IMG/VR virus record: IMGVR_UViG_3300028624_000003
Coordinates: 64,001-128,000 of that record
Length of the DNA: 64,000 nucleotides
Strand: one strand, 5' to 3'
Origin: a virus
Taxonomy: Duplodnaviria; Caudoviricetes
The position numbers and the translations under genes are program-made. This document shows, one piece after another, positions 48,610 to 57,803 of the stretch (positions are counted from its first letter, which is position 1; the number at the start of each line of letters is the position of its first letter). The notes below the pieces were generated by a model, which searched no databases, was not told where the DNA came from, and saw only the letters and a list, made by a program, of their open reading frames with translations.

Positions 48610-50238
48610 ATGGGTATCAAATTTGACGGCATCGACGACGACACCGTTGCTCAGGAATCCCAGCAGAACGTTGGTGGCGTCCATGACAACGTCAGCGCTC
48701 CTCGTCGTGACCTGGGTGCCGAACGTGCTGCTCGCAGCACGGCTACTGCAGGCCGCGGGTTCGAGCAGCTCATGTATTCGCTGCAGTCCTCGAACAAGCT
48801 CACCGAGACCGCAACCGGTTTCCTTGAAAGTGTGCGCAAGCAGGTCAGCAATCAGAACAAGAAGATTCAGTTCTTCGATCTTCCGAAGACCTGCACCTCC
48901 TTCTTCGTGGATGGTGCTGAATGCGTCGGCTTCGTCTTCGAAGAAGCGCTTCGTGAATCCCAGCTCCGCAAGGGTTCGGACACGATCCTCATGGAAGTCA
49001 TGAAGGACTTCGAGACTGCCACCATCGACAAGAAGGGTGCCGAGAAGATCCTCGACATCGTGATCGTCACCTCCGACAGCTACGGTAAGAGCAACGTCTG
49101 GTCCAATTTCGTCGTGAACACTCTTCGTTCGGACGACTACGCCAGCCTGAAGTTCACCAACATGAACGCCAACAACGTGCGGTACTCCCTCGTGAGCGAC
49201 CTTCGTCAGGTGAAGGAAATGTTCTCCGACATGTCTCCTCACGCGACACCGGCGCGCATCGACTTCGGTTGCTCGGTCACCATGGAAGTGATGCCCGACG
49301 ATCGCCGCGACTACACTCGCGAAGATCATGACGAAATCCCCATCGGTGTTATCGGCGGCTACACCCGCTTCTACCTGATCGATGACCTGCAGGATGTCAA
49401 GTTCCAGCCTGTCATCTGCATCAGTGACATCCAGTCGAACATCCGGAACCATCGTGTTCTGCCCATCCTGCTTGCCAGCTTCCTTGACTACGCGGTCAAT
49501 GCGAAGGGCTGGCTTTCCCCGTACAGCCAGTTCGGTCCCAACAACCCGAACCTCGGCAACCTCTGGATCGATCCCGAAACTGACCAGCCGGTTGAGCTGG
49601 AATCTCTGGATCGTCTCGACCGCTTCGTGCGTGCCAAGTTCCTCGAACCCGTGGTCGTCTGCGAAATCCAGCCTGGCCGTGCGGGTATCCCGTCGCTGTG
49701 GCGCTACGCCGATCCGAAGCAGCAGGGCTTCATGCTTCAGGATCTCGCAGAATACCTGAACGCTCCTCAGATCGCAGATCTCGGCGAGCTCTTCGTGCCT
49801 CACTACGAACATCTGTCGTACTCCGGCTACGTTCAGGACCGTGGGGTCTGGATCGATACCCGCGAAATCGACTACTTCCGTGCCATCGGCATCACCCGTG
49901 ATCGTGATCTGCGTGATCGGTTCATCATCCCCGAAGACGACATGTCCGCAGAAATCGACAACATCAAGGAACTCGGTTTCAAGGAAGTCCGTCGCATCTG
50001 GACCACGTACCCCTGCAGCATCGCTACCAACAGCCTCGAACAGATCCTTGTTCACATGGGTGCTGGTGGTGGTCTCGCGCTTCGTACCGACTACAAGCAG
50101 CGCATGACGGTGAGTGTTTCCAGCTACACCGACCTCGGTCGCGGCATGCGCGACATCCTGCAGCGCAACCAGGTTACCAACCGGTTCCCGCTGATGGAAC
50201 GTGGTCGACGCAGCCTGCGAAACCTCAGCGGTCGCTAG
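48610..50238 (+). CDS. chmA: Probable chimallin (phage nucleus shell protein)
   Basis: 542 aa, extreme codon bias, early promoter, directly upstream of nvRNAP beta'-like gene as in phiKZ gp54-gp55; GY...DTREIDY motif resembles chimallins. Confidence 0.72.
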   Translation: MGIKFDGIDDDTVAQESQQNVGGVHDNVSAPRRDLGAERAARSTATAGRGFEQLMYSLQSSNKLTETATGFLESVRKQVSNQNKKIQFFDLPKTCTSFFVDGAECVGFVFEEALRESQLRKGSDTILMEVMKDFETATIDKKGAEKILDIVIVTSDSYGKSNVWSNFVVNTLRSDDYASLKFTNMNANNVRYSLVSDLRQVKEMFSDMSPHATPARIDFGCSVTMEVMPDDRRDYTREDHDEIPIGVIGGYTRFYLIDDLQDVKFQPVICISDIQSNIRNHRVLPILLASFLDYAVNAKGWLSPYSQFGPNNPNLGNLWIDPETDQPVELESLDRLDRFVRAKFLEPVVVCEIQPGRAGIPSLWRYADPKQQGFMLQDLAEYLNAPQIADLGELFVPHYEHLSYSGYVQDRGVWIDTREIDYFRAIGITRDRDLRDRFIIPEDDMSAEIDNIKELGFKEVRRIWTTYPCSIATNSLEQILVHMGAGGGLALRTDYKQRMTVSVSSYTDLGRGMRDILQRNQVTNRFPLMERGRRSLRNLSGR

Positions 50239-50249
50239 GCTGATTCATT

Positions 50250-50287
50250 AGAGAGGAGAGGATCCCCACTAGGATCCTCTCCTCTCT
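50250..50287 (+). terminator. Hairpin after chimallin
   Basis: agagaggagaggatcc / ggatcctctcctctct 16-bp stem. Confidence 0.65.
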
Positions 50288-50329
50288 CTATTTATCTACC
50301 CACGGTCTTAATTTTTCAGGGGGATAAAG

Positions 50330-51637
50330 TTGAAGAAGTCCAGCGTGTTCAGTAAGAAGAATCTGATCAGACTGATCGATTTCGATAAACTGCATGCCGA
50401 TTCTCCTGGGGCAAGAGCACTCAATGACTCTGACTTAACAGGACGAAAACAAGCAGCAGAACGAATAAGTCAGGCGTTCTACGACATTGAAGCAGAACTA
50501 GGGTTTGTAGCTTCTTGTCAATGCAAAGAGTATCGAGGCAACTACTACGCGGGACATGTCTGCAAGATCTGTGGTACTGTGGTATCTACTGAATTTGCAG
50601 AAAATATCGAGCACGTGAATTGGCTGATCCTACCAGATCACGTCCCGCCTGTCATGCACCCGGTATTCTTTGCTGCACTGAACTCATTCCTGGGAAAAGT
50701 CAAAGTCAACGACGCAAAGCTGGGGAAGAAAAGTATCCCACTTCTGCAGTCTATACTGGATCCCAGTGAAGAACTATTCGAGCCAGTAAAGACACACATC
50801 AGAGCGCAAGGCTTCCGGTACTTCTACAAGCACTGCAAAGAAATCATGAACTTCTTCTTTGAAGTCTATCCAAAGACAAAAAGTAAGAAGGACGTCATAC
50901 ACATCCGTGCTCTTTATGAAGAGTACAAAGACAGGATGTGGGTCAAAAAGATACCGGCACTACATCCTACACTCACGCCACAGGCCAAAGAGTGCAGGGT
51001 ACGTACAATCGACCATGCTGCCGGTTACATCATGTCAGCAGCTGCTGACCTCTCTGCTCTATCCTACGAATCCAAGCGATGTATTACTGATTCGAAGTAT
51101 GTCGACCGTCAGCTATGGAAGATGTACGTCAACGTCATCAAGTACACTGAACAGATTCTCGAGAAGAAGTTCGGTGACAAATATGCACACGCTAGACGCC
51201 ACGTCATGGGCGCACGGATTCATTTTTCTGCCAGATCCGTCATCGTACCTATCGTAGAGCCTCACATGGGTGATGAGATTCATCTCCCATGGAAGATCGC
51301 ACTAGGTGGCCTCAAACTCGAGATTCTGAACATCTTGACCACTCGCAGTGTGATAGATGTAGAAGATGAACATGGCGAGCGTGTAAAGAGACCGCACACA
51401 ATCGCCGAGGCCACAGCCAAATATATGCGGGCACTCGTCGTATACGACGAAGACATCAAGAAGGTCATCGATCTCTTGATCAAAGAGTGTCCGTGTAAGG
51501 GTCTACCAATACTTTGCGGGCGCAACCCGACGCTCGTACTGGGTGCAATTCAGCTTCTGTACTTTACCAAGGTAAAGACGGATATGGCAGATGAAACCAT
51601 CGCCATATCTCCTCGAATCTGCAAAGCACCCAATGCT
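50330..51637 (+). CDS. nvRNAP beta'-like subunit (phiKZ gp55-like), exon 1
   Basis: Zn ribbon CQC...CKIC, GARIHFSARSVI, GRNPTL; ends KAPNA, the start of NADFDGD. Confidence 0.88.
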
Positions 51638-52573
51638 AAATACAACTCCTCGTTGCACATCGCCCCTAGCAGGAGGCGTACATGCAGCAGTTCGTCAATT
51701 TACCTGGAAAATACTCAGGATATTCAATATCCGCGGACGGTAGAATTCTCGACAACTCTACCGGACAGTTGGTAGTTCCTACCAAAGGTAAAAATACTCC
51801 GTACTACGGGGTCACAATGCGTCTAGTTGGTGATGCTCGAAGTACTACACAACTAGTGCATCGACTGATCGCATTGGCCTTTGTTCCAAATGAAACAGGA
51901 ATATCAGCAGACGAGTTACAGGTCAATCACATCAATGGGAACAAACTCGACAACCGTCCATGTAATCTTGAGTGGGTCACTCAGCAACAAAATTGCGCGC
52001 ATGCGTATCGAACAGGTTTGCGAAACGACAATAAACCTATTCGCATGGTTGCAGAGAATACAGGTGAGACTAGTATAGTCTACAGCTTATCCGAAGCTGC
52101 TAGACTGCTAGGTGTGCACCCTGCCTCACTTCATGAGCACATGAACACAGAACGTCGACAATGTTTACCATATCGTGGATACTACGTAACTTATCACGAC
52201 GATCGTCTAGATCGTTTTCAGAATAGGGTACGGCGTATGTGCGAAGGGAGTTGGTAAATTGGCTCGCGCAGAAGTAATTCTGTGACGATAATCTCCTTAA
52301 TTGCTGGGAACCCCTTAGAGCTCTCGTAGCTACAACGTAAGGATGAAATATGCCTAAGCGTGACAGCTCAAAAATACGAGAGATTGGGCAATCAGCAGCC
52401 AAGCTCCGAATAGGAGAAGGTTCAACGACTATTCCTGAAATGGAAGTACAGACTAAGCAGTCTGGGAATAGGAGACACCCTACTGGGGTGAAGATATAGT
52501 CTCATCTTTAGTGAAAGCTAAAGCTGCAGGTAATGCTGCGAGTACCATCTAGCGAATGGTACTGAAGATAATG
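51638..52573 (+). mobile_element. Group I intron 1 with HNH endonuclease ORF upstream of the core (P1 region)
   Basis: Upstream exon ends in U; P aattgctgggaa 52299, Q aatcagcagc 52390, R gttcaacgactat 52420, S aagatatagtc 52491; P3 tctcct/aggaga; terminal G 52573. Confidence 0.9.
51682..52257 (+). CDS. Intron-encoded HNH homing endonuclease (NUMOD4-HNH-NUMOD1-like)
   Basis: YSISADGRI, VHRLIALAF, QVNHINGNKLDNRPCNLEWVT, YSLSEAARLLG; aggagg RBS. Confidence 0.9.
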   Translation: MQQFVNLPGKYSGYSISADGRILDNSTGQLVVPTKGKNTPYYGVTMRLVGDARSTTQLVHRLIALAFVPNETGISADELQVNHINGNKLDNRPCNLEWVTQQQNCAHAYRTGLRNDNKPIRMVAENTGETSIVYSLSEAARLLGVHPASLHEHMNTERRQCLPYRGYYVTYHDDRLDRFQNRVRRMCEGSW

Positions 52574-52582
52574 GATTTCGAT
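52574..52582 (+). CDS. 9-nt micro-exon encoding DFD of the RNAP catalytic motif (exon 2)
   Basis: gat ttc gat, preceded by intron-terminal G; pairs with IGS gtcgaaat 52589-52596 with a U.G pair at the splice site. Confidence 0.87.
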
Positions 52583-53540
52583 TCACAGGTCGAAATAAAA
52601 TCCCGGAATAAAGCAGGGACGGTCTGCTCGACCCAATCTGAACCGAAGGCTACTAGGGATAGTAGTCAGGGGCAACGCGTAGTCTCAGGGCTAGAACAGC
52701 TATCAGGGACCACGAGGCCGGGACATTCGAGAGTATTCGCACTGAGGAGAACTAGTGGAGAATACTGTGGAAATTCCTGGGTATCCAGGATACCGAGCAT
52801 CACGAGACGGACACGTCTGGAGTACATACAGCAATAAGTGGTTGTGCGAGATGCTGCACCGGCGAGGATACCCTCAGGTGTTGCTGAAAATCGACAAATC
52901 GACCTACAGATTGCGGTATGTTCATCGGTTAGTAGCACTGGCATTTATCCCAAATCCAAAACTGATGACTCAGGTCAATCATATCGATGGCAATAAACAG
53001 AACAATTGCGTCGATAATTTGGAGTGGGTAGATAACCTAGAGAATGCGCGACATGCGATGGCTCATGGGCTGATGCCACATGCAAAAATCGATGAGCCGA
53101 CAGCTCACGTCATTTGTCAGAGATTGGAGAATGGCGAAAAAGTGGTGGATATTGCAAGGGACTTAAATGTACCCTACTATACCGTACACGCCATTCGGCT
53201 AGGTAGAAACTGGAAAGAAGTATCTACTCAGTACACAATCCCTGGGAAAAGAAAACGTAGAGTTGTCTTTACACCAGAAGAAGTCAGACACATCTATTAC
53301 AACGCGGTTGTGAAGGGGTATCCAATTGGAACTCTAGCGGAGCAATACCAGGTGGATCCAGAGCTTATACGCAGGATTGCTTCTGGTAAAAACTACCGAA
53401 AAATAACCCGAGAGATGTGCGATGCTTTCGAATGAAAACGTACGCTGAGCTGCGCTTATACGAGCTCCTACCGAAAGTAGGACCCAGAAATGGGAAGGCG
53501 CAGAACTATCGGATAAAAAGCCGGTAGGGTAACATAACTG
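52583..53540 (+). mobile_element. Group I intron 2 with HNH endonuclease ORF in the P8 loop
   Basis: P1 with U.G; P3 tcccgg/ccggga; P7 gcgta/tacgc; P8 cattcga/tcgaatg enclosing the ORF; P10 tcac/gtga; terminal G 53540. Confidence 0.85.
52755..53435 (+). CDS. Intron-encoded HNH homing endonuclease (NUMOD4-HNH with C-terminal HTH-like repeats)
   Basis: IPGYPGYRASRDG, VHRLVALAFIPNP, QVNHIDGNKQNNCVDNLEWV; gaggag RBS, GTG start. Confidence 0.9.
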   Translation: MENTVEIPGYPGYRASRDGHVWSTYSNKWLCEMLHRRGYPQVLLKIDKSTYRLRYVHRLVALAFIPNPKLMTQVNHIDGNKQNNCVDNLEWVDNLENARHAMAHGLMPHAKIDEPTAHVICQRLENGEKVVDIARDLNVPYYTVHAIRLGRNWKEVSTQYTIPGKRKRRVVFTPEEVRHIYYNAVVKGYPIGTLAEQYQVDPELIRRIASGKNYRKITREMCDAFE

Positions 53541-53744
53541 GGTGACGAAATGTACATCATCTTCATCAAGGAGATGGGTATGGTTCCGTTTCTACAAACA
53601 CTACACCCACGGATGACGATGATTTCTAAGTCGGACTTGTCGGTAGGCGAACTGGTCATGCCTACAAGTCAGGCTACGGTACATCTCAACTCATTCCTCA
53701 ACATGGGGTTGGATGCACCGAGATCGCAGAGATTCGAACTATAA
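53541..53744 (+). CDS. nvRNAP beta'-like subunit, exon 3
   Basis: Begins ggt gac gaa atg (GDEM), completing NADFDGDEM; spliced product 506 aa. Confidence 0.87.
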   Translation, partial: GDEMYIIFIKEMGMVPFLQTLHPRMTMISKSDLSVGELVMPTSQATVHLNSFLNMGLDAPRSQRFEL

Positions 53745-53746
53745 CC

Positions 53747-53781
53747 AGTAGAGAGGGATCTCACGATCCCTCTCTACTTTT
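53747..53781 (+). terminator. Rho-independent terminator
   Basis: agtagagagggatc-tcac-gatccctctctact-ttt. Confidence 0.7.
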
Positions 53782-53894
53782 CAATAAAGGAGATGTGAAC
53801 AGTATGGACAAAGAACAAACGGTTGAAGTAGTACTTGATTAGTTACTCTGATTCTGAATATATGTACTTTTGTTTAACTGAGAGGGTAGAAGAA

Positions 53895-54587
53895 ATGACA
53901 TGCAAAGAAAATGACAGTCAGGACAAAAAGATAGACCGTGAACTAGCCGCGCTCATGAAGCGACTCCATGATGCAATTTCGAGAATCTACGACGATGCTG
54001 AAAAAGATAAAGTCTTAGCTGGATATCTGGAAAAGTATATCAAATTGACTACCACAGATTTCCAGCGTATGAACTATGATGAAGTTAAGAACCAGAGGTT
54101 TCTCGAGTCTGCGATATTGGCGCCGGCGTTTGCTTCATTTCGTGAAGTTTATGGTGAAGGAAATATGACTTGTAGGGATGCCCACAATACATGGAACCGT
54201 ATTTTGGAAGTACTACAAACAAAAGAGCGTAGCGCTTATGTGAAGTATCTTTACTCGCTCGTACCGCAAAACGGGGAACCTTACATAAAAGAAAATCGTG
54301 AAAAACTTGCACGCTTAGTGAAGAGATATTTAGAAGTGATACGCGCAGAAATTGAGTATGCTGAAGAATATGCGGAAGAACTGCTCAGTGAAACGCAACT
54401 GAGTACTATTGCAGCACGCCCCAAATTCGGTGTCGCTAAGTTCAATGGTGCTATCTACAGATGGCTCGTGTCAATGAACAGTGGTCGTACACCATGTAGA
54501 CCAACTGAATTTTGGCTTGACCGTGTGTCTGCATTCGTTGTATTTTTGGTTTGTTTTGCCATAATCTTACTGACAGTAATCTATTAA
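53895..54587 (+). CDS. Hypothetical protein with C-terminal transmembrane helix
   Basis: Ends VSAFVVFLVCFAIILLTVIY; AT-richer than flanks. Confidence 0.65.
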   Translation: MTCKENDSQDKKIDRELAALMKRLHDAISRIYDDAEKDKVLAGYLEKYIKLTTTDFQRMNYDEVKNQRFLESAILAPAFASFREVYGEGNMTCRDAHNTWNRILEVLQTKERSAYVKYLYSLVPQNGEPYIKENREKLARLVKRYLEVIRAEIEYAEEYAEELLSETQLSTIAARPKFGVAKFNGAIYRWLVSMNSGRTPCRPTEFWLDRVSAFVVFLVCFAIILLTVIY

Positions 54588-54588
54588 A

Positions 54589-54891
54589 ATGGGGCAGATG
54601 ACCATGATTCAACGTGAACAAATAACGAAGCAATTTCGAGAAGTACTCGATGCTTCGTACATGCTCAAACCAGAAGATTTTGATCTTCGAGATCACGTAG
54701 AACTCAAATGCAAACTGGACAAGATGGAGTACGCCACGATGACGTACATCTACACTCTTCCCAGATGCATGTGGGTACATGCTCTGTATGTGTGGTTCGA
54801 TGATAAATACGTCACTACGCTGAGTCGCGAGATATTTGAAAATCGTACCCGCCAGTGGTATCATAAGGTCCGTTGGCGTAGCGTTTTTTAA
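54589..54891 (+). CDS. Hypothetical protein
   Basis: 100 aa ORF abutting upstream gene. Confidence 0.6.
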   Translation: MGQMTMIQREQITKQFREVLDASYMLKPEDFDLRDHVELKCKLDKMEYATMTYIYTLPRCMWVHALYVWFDDKYVTTLSREIFENRTRQWYHKVRWRSVF

Positions 54892-54945
54892 GTTTGGTAA
54901 TGTGTACCTAAGAGAATGTACCCACATTCAGTATATTTTCCGGTA

Positions 54946-54961
54946 TACATTATTGAATTGA
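54946..54961 (+). promoter_or_regulatory. Putative early promoter
   Basis: tacattat-tgaat-tga. Confidence 0.55.
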
Positions 54962-55035
54962 TACATCGGCTAAGTTAACTGGCATTTAACATCTTACTGG
55001 TAAGGACAGTGATCCTTACGAAGGAAGTAAACGAC

Positions 55036-55896
55036 ATGAATTCTACTTACGCTGAGATGCTCGAAGAGTACATGGACATCATGATGAAGTGTTCTCGTGT
55101 TATCCGTCGGAATTCCGATGGAGAACCCACAGTCGACGATTCGTTGTTCGCCCCCGAGTTGCTACCGACTTACGGGATATTCGCAAAGTACTTCGCCACG
55201 GTGGAAACCATTGGTAAGGCGATGATCGACATCATCGGGTGGTGGCCTGACTCTCCTGTCGGACAATTCAATCTCGATTCGAGAGTCAGACACGAAGAAT
55301 CTGCATGCTACGCAGATATAGTGGGGACACTTTCGCTTCCTACTATGGGTCTCAGTAAGGACATGTGGCTCCAACTCATCGCAGACATCCGTACGAATCA
55401 GCAACTGGTACAACCGCAACATGTGCTAGTACATAGCACGGCACCCAAGCAGCTGAGAGAACGCGACACTGCTTTTGAAGATTACAAACAATTGCATGCA
55501 AGCGTTGCGGACATTGACGAACTGTGGCTTCTGCCAGTAGAGATCAAGAGGGATGTAGAGAGTCACTACTCGTCGATGGGTGCAAATGCGTGGTGCGAGA
55601 TTTCTTGCTTTCTTCGTGATGACCGGGTTCTTCTCCGTTGGTTCATGACCGAGGTTCCTCTGTATACACACATTGGTCGCGTCTCGTGTGTTCTTGCTGG
55701 TGCGTGCCAGAACAAAATTCGCAAGCTGAAAGAACACAACCACACGGGAATGCTCACCCATCGCAAGGAGATCATCCTGGACAATTTGCAGTATCCGGCA
55801 TTCAAGAACTCGAAGCTCTACTCGGATGCGGCACACAAGCAGATTCATTCGATTGAGGCGGCATTGACTGATGTTGTATATCGTCGGCGAAAGTAG
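55036..55896 (+). CDS. Hypothetical protein
   Basis: Start MNSTY with aagga RBS; hairpin 55908-55933 follows. Confidence 0.7.
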   Translation: MNSTYAEMLEEYMDIMMKCSRVIRRNSDGEPTVDDSLFAPELLPTYGIFAKYFATVETIGKAMIDIIGWWPDSPVGQFNLDSRVRHEESACYADIVGTLSLPTMGLSKDMWLQLIADIRTNQQLVQPQHVLVHSTAPKQLRERDTAFEDYKQLHASVADIDELWLLPVEIKRDVESHYSSMGANAWCEISCFLRDDRVLLRWFMTEVPLYTHIGRVSCVLAGACQNKIRKLKEHNHTGMLTHRKEIILDNLQYPAFKNSKLYSDAAHKQIHSIEAALTDVVYRRRK

Positions 55897-55954
55897 CTGA
55901 AGATCACGGATGGGGCGAACTCTCGCCCCATCCTTACTTTTTTAAGGAGGATCT

Positions 55955-56578
55955 ATGAATCTCTTAGACCAGCTGTGCGTACCGGGCGGGTACAAGATAG
56001 TCACAGATACCGAAGAAAATTGGAACGCAGTCAATCCTGTCGTACCTAGCACAACAGTTTGTGTGTCAGTTGACTCGGGACATACAAATCTTCATTCGGT
56101 TGTAGTTGGCGACAACAAGTCACACTGGAAAGATCTGGTACGTACTAACAATATACTGCCGGGAGCTCCGTGTTCTACAGTTATGCTTCCTGTGTATATC
56201 GAGTTGGCAAAAGCCAAGAAAAATGAACAGATACTACTCGAAGCGTATCTTAAAGAAAGTCACAAATGTCAAAGTTGTACTAAACAACAAAGCACTGGAA
56301 GTATATGTCAGGAACCTGATGAGTTCCTCTTCGGTCCTGTAAGAAAAGAAGATGCTGCTTCGTTGATGGATCCTGCCAAGTATCCAGAATGGTTTCGAGA
56401 CGCCATCTACGAAGGAAAAGTTTCGACAGGTATGGATACACTTGGAACCATTGACGGTATGAAATGTGTGTGTCTGTACCACACCCCAGAGTGCAGATAC
56501 ATGTCATGCATTGTGAGGAAAACCGTCACCGGTGTGACACTACTGCCCATATACGACTACGTAAAGACTCAGTCGTGA
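55955..56578 (+). CDS. Hypothetical protein with degenerate Mtd-N-like motif
   Basis: DTEENWNAVNPVV...VGDNKSHWKDL; aggagg RBS. Confidence 0.6.
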   Translation: MNLLDQLCVPGGYKIVTDTEENWNAVNPVVPSTTVCVSVDSGHTNLHSVVVGDNKSHWKDLVRTNNILPGAPCSTVMLPVYIELAKAKKNEQILLEAYLKESHKCQSCTKQQSTGSICQEPDEFLFGPVRKEDAASLMDPAKYPEWFRDAIYEGKVSTGMDTLGTIDGMKCVCLYHTPECRYMSCIVRKTVTGVTLLPIYDYVKTQS

Positions 56579-56586
56579 TGTACAGA

Positions 56587-56602
56587 TATATTACTTAAAT
56601 GA
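56587..56602 (+). promoter_or_regulatory. Putative early promoter
   Basis: tatattac-ttaaa-tga. Confidence 0.7.
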
Positions 56603-56634
56603 ACGACATTTACCACTGAAGCGAGAGGAGTTCA

Positions 56635-57303
56635 ATGTTGAGTAATCTTTCTGAGCTGGAAGCAATTCCATCGATGTCCAGCCTCCTCGGTTCACGAGGA
56701 GACCAAGCACTCTTGCGACAAATCAACAGCAGGACTGGATCGTCTTACTTCGGTTCTGATTCTGACAGGTACAGAAAACAGTACGAGACCTTCAAGGAAC
56801 GTATCATCGAACCGATTCGTCGAGCTAACCGTGAGGTGTGGGCACTCTCGTCCAAACTCATGAAAGTAGACGAGATCAGAGAACTTGGTACGATCGAAGA
56901 TCTCAGAGACATTCCGCCATGTATGATAGTACCGGCGATCACGACTGAACCAGTGTTCAACCTCCTGCGACAAGGTCGAATTTCAGCATACGGGTATACC
57001 GCAGAAGAACTTGAAGCTGAGAAGGTCATGTACGATCGACTCATCGATCGCAACGGTACGATACATCTGGACGATCCTGAACAGTTCTATACTGATGAAG
57101 ATCGTGAACTGAGAAAACGTCTATCCGAGGACTGGGAAAAGCCTGAAGAAGACATCCTCATCTTCAGTATCACCGATGACCATGATGACCCTGAACTCAC
57201 GCCAGAAGAACTGTACATGCTTTCACGTGCTCGCCGACTGATGGAAGATGTGGTAGACACCACGTATCTCGACCCCACGGATATCGACAATCTTCGTGGG
57301 TAG
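56635..57303 (+). CDS. Hypothetical acidic protein of the phiKZ-like core block
   Basis: gaggag RBS; C-terminal DPTD motif; hairpin 57316-57338 follows. Confidence 0.7.
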   Translation: MLSNLSELEAIPSMSSLLGSRGDQALLRQINSRTGSSYFGSDSDRYRKQYETFKERIIEPIRRANREVWALSSKLMKVDEIRELGTIEDLRDIPPCMIVPAITTEPVFNLLRQGRISAYGYTAEELEAEKVMYDRLIDRNGTIHLDDPEQFYTDEDRELRKRLSEDWEKPEEDILIFSITDDHDDPELTPEELYMLSRARRLMEDVVDTTYLDPTDIDNLRG

Positions 57304-57383
57304 TCATGGTAGATTGAGGGGACCTCACTGGTCCCCTCGATTCTATAGTCTTCCATCACCATTAATTTTTTGTGAGGGTGAAC

Positions 57384-57803
57384 ATGTCACAGACACCTTG
57401 TATTCCGACACTGGACGCATCTGTAGGGATAATCACATCCGTCCAGGATATCGTCGCATATGTCATACGTCACATACTTTCACAGCCAGTAGGAGCTACC
57501 AATCTCTTTACTGCAAGCTGCGTGTCATTTCGTGAGTTGTATGCCAAGTACCATCACGACAAAGATGCACTGGCTGCAAGACTGCAAAATGAACTCGGCA
57601 ATGTGTTTTCAAGGTACTTTCCCAACAACAGCACCAGAGTCGAAGTCACCGCTACCGAAGTGGTGAATGCCGTCTATAATCTCGAAATTCGAGTATACGT
57701 GACCGATGAAGAGAATTCAGGTAAACTGGTTCTCACTGAGTCCAAAGTAAAGATCGGCGACAATGGTGTAATGGATATCGCATTCACAGGAGCTAAGATA
57801 TGA
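57384..57803 (+). CDS. Hypothetical protein
   Basis: gaggg RBS; first gene of operon containing sbcD. Confidence 0.7.
   Translation: MSQTPCIPTLDASVGIITSVQDIVAYVIRHILSQPVGATNLFTASCVSFRELYAKYHHDKDALAARLQNELGNVFSRYFPNNSTRVEVTATEVVNAVYNLEIRVYVTDEENSGKLVLTESKVKIGDNGVMDIAFTGAKI

Noticed and set aside
51638-51775. C-terminal 45 aa of the 481-aa ORF in the track
   Set aside because: Read-through into intron 1; it replaces DFDGD with unrelated sequence
52556-52837. 93-aa ORF containing MDFD
   Set aside because: Only DFD is coding (micro-exon); the rest is intron core
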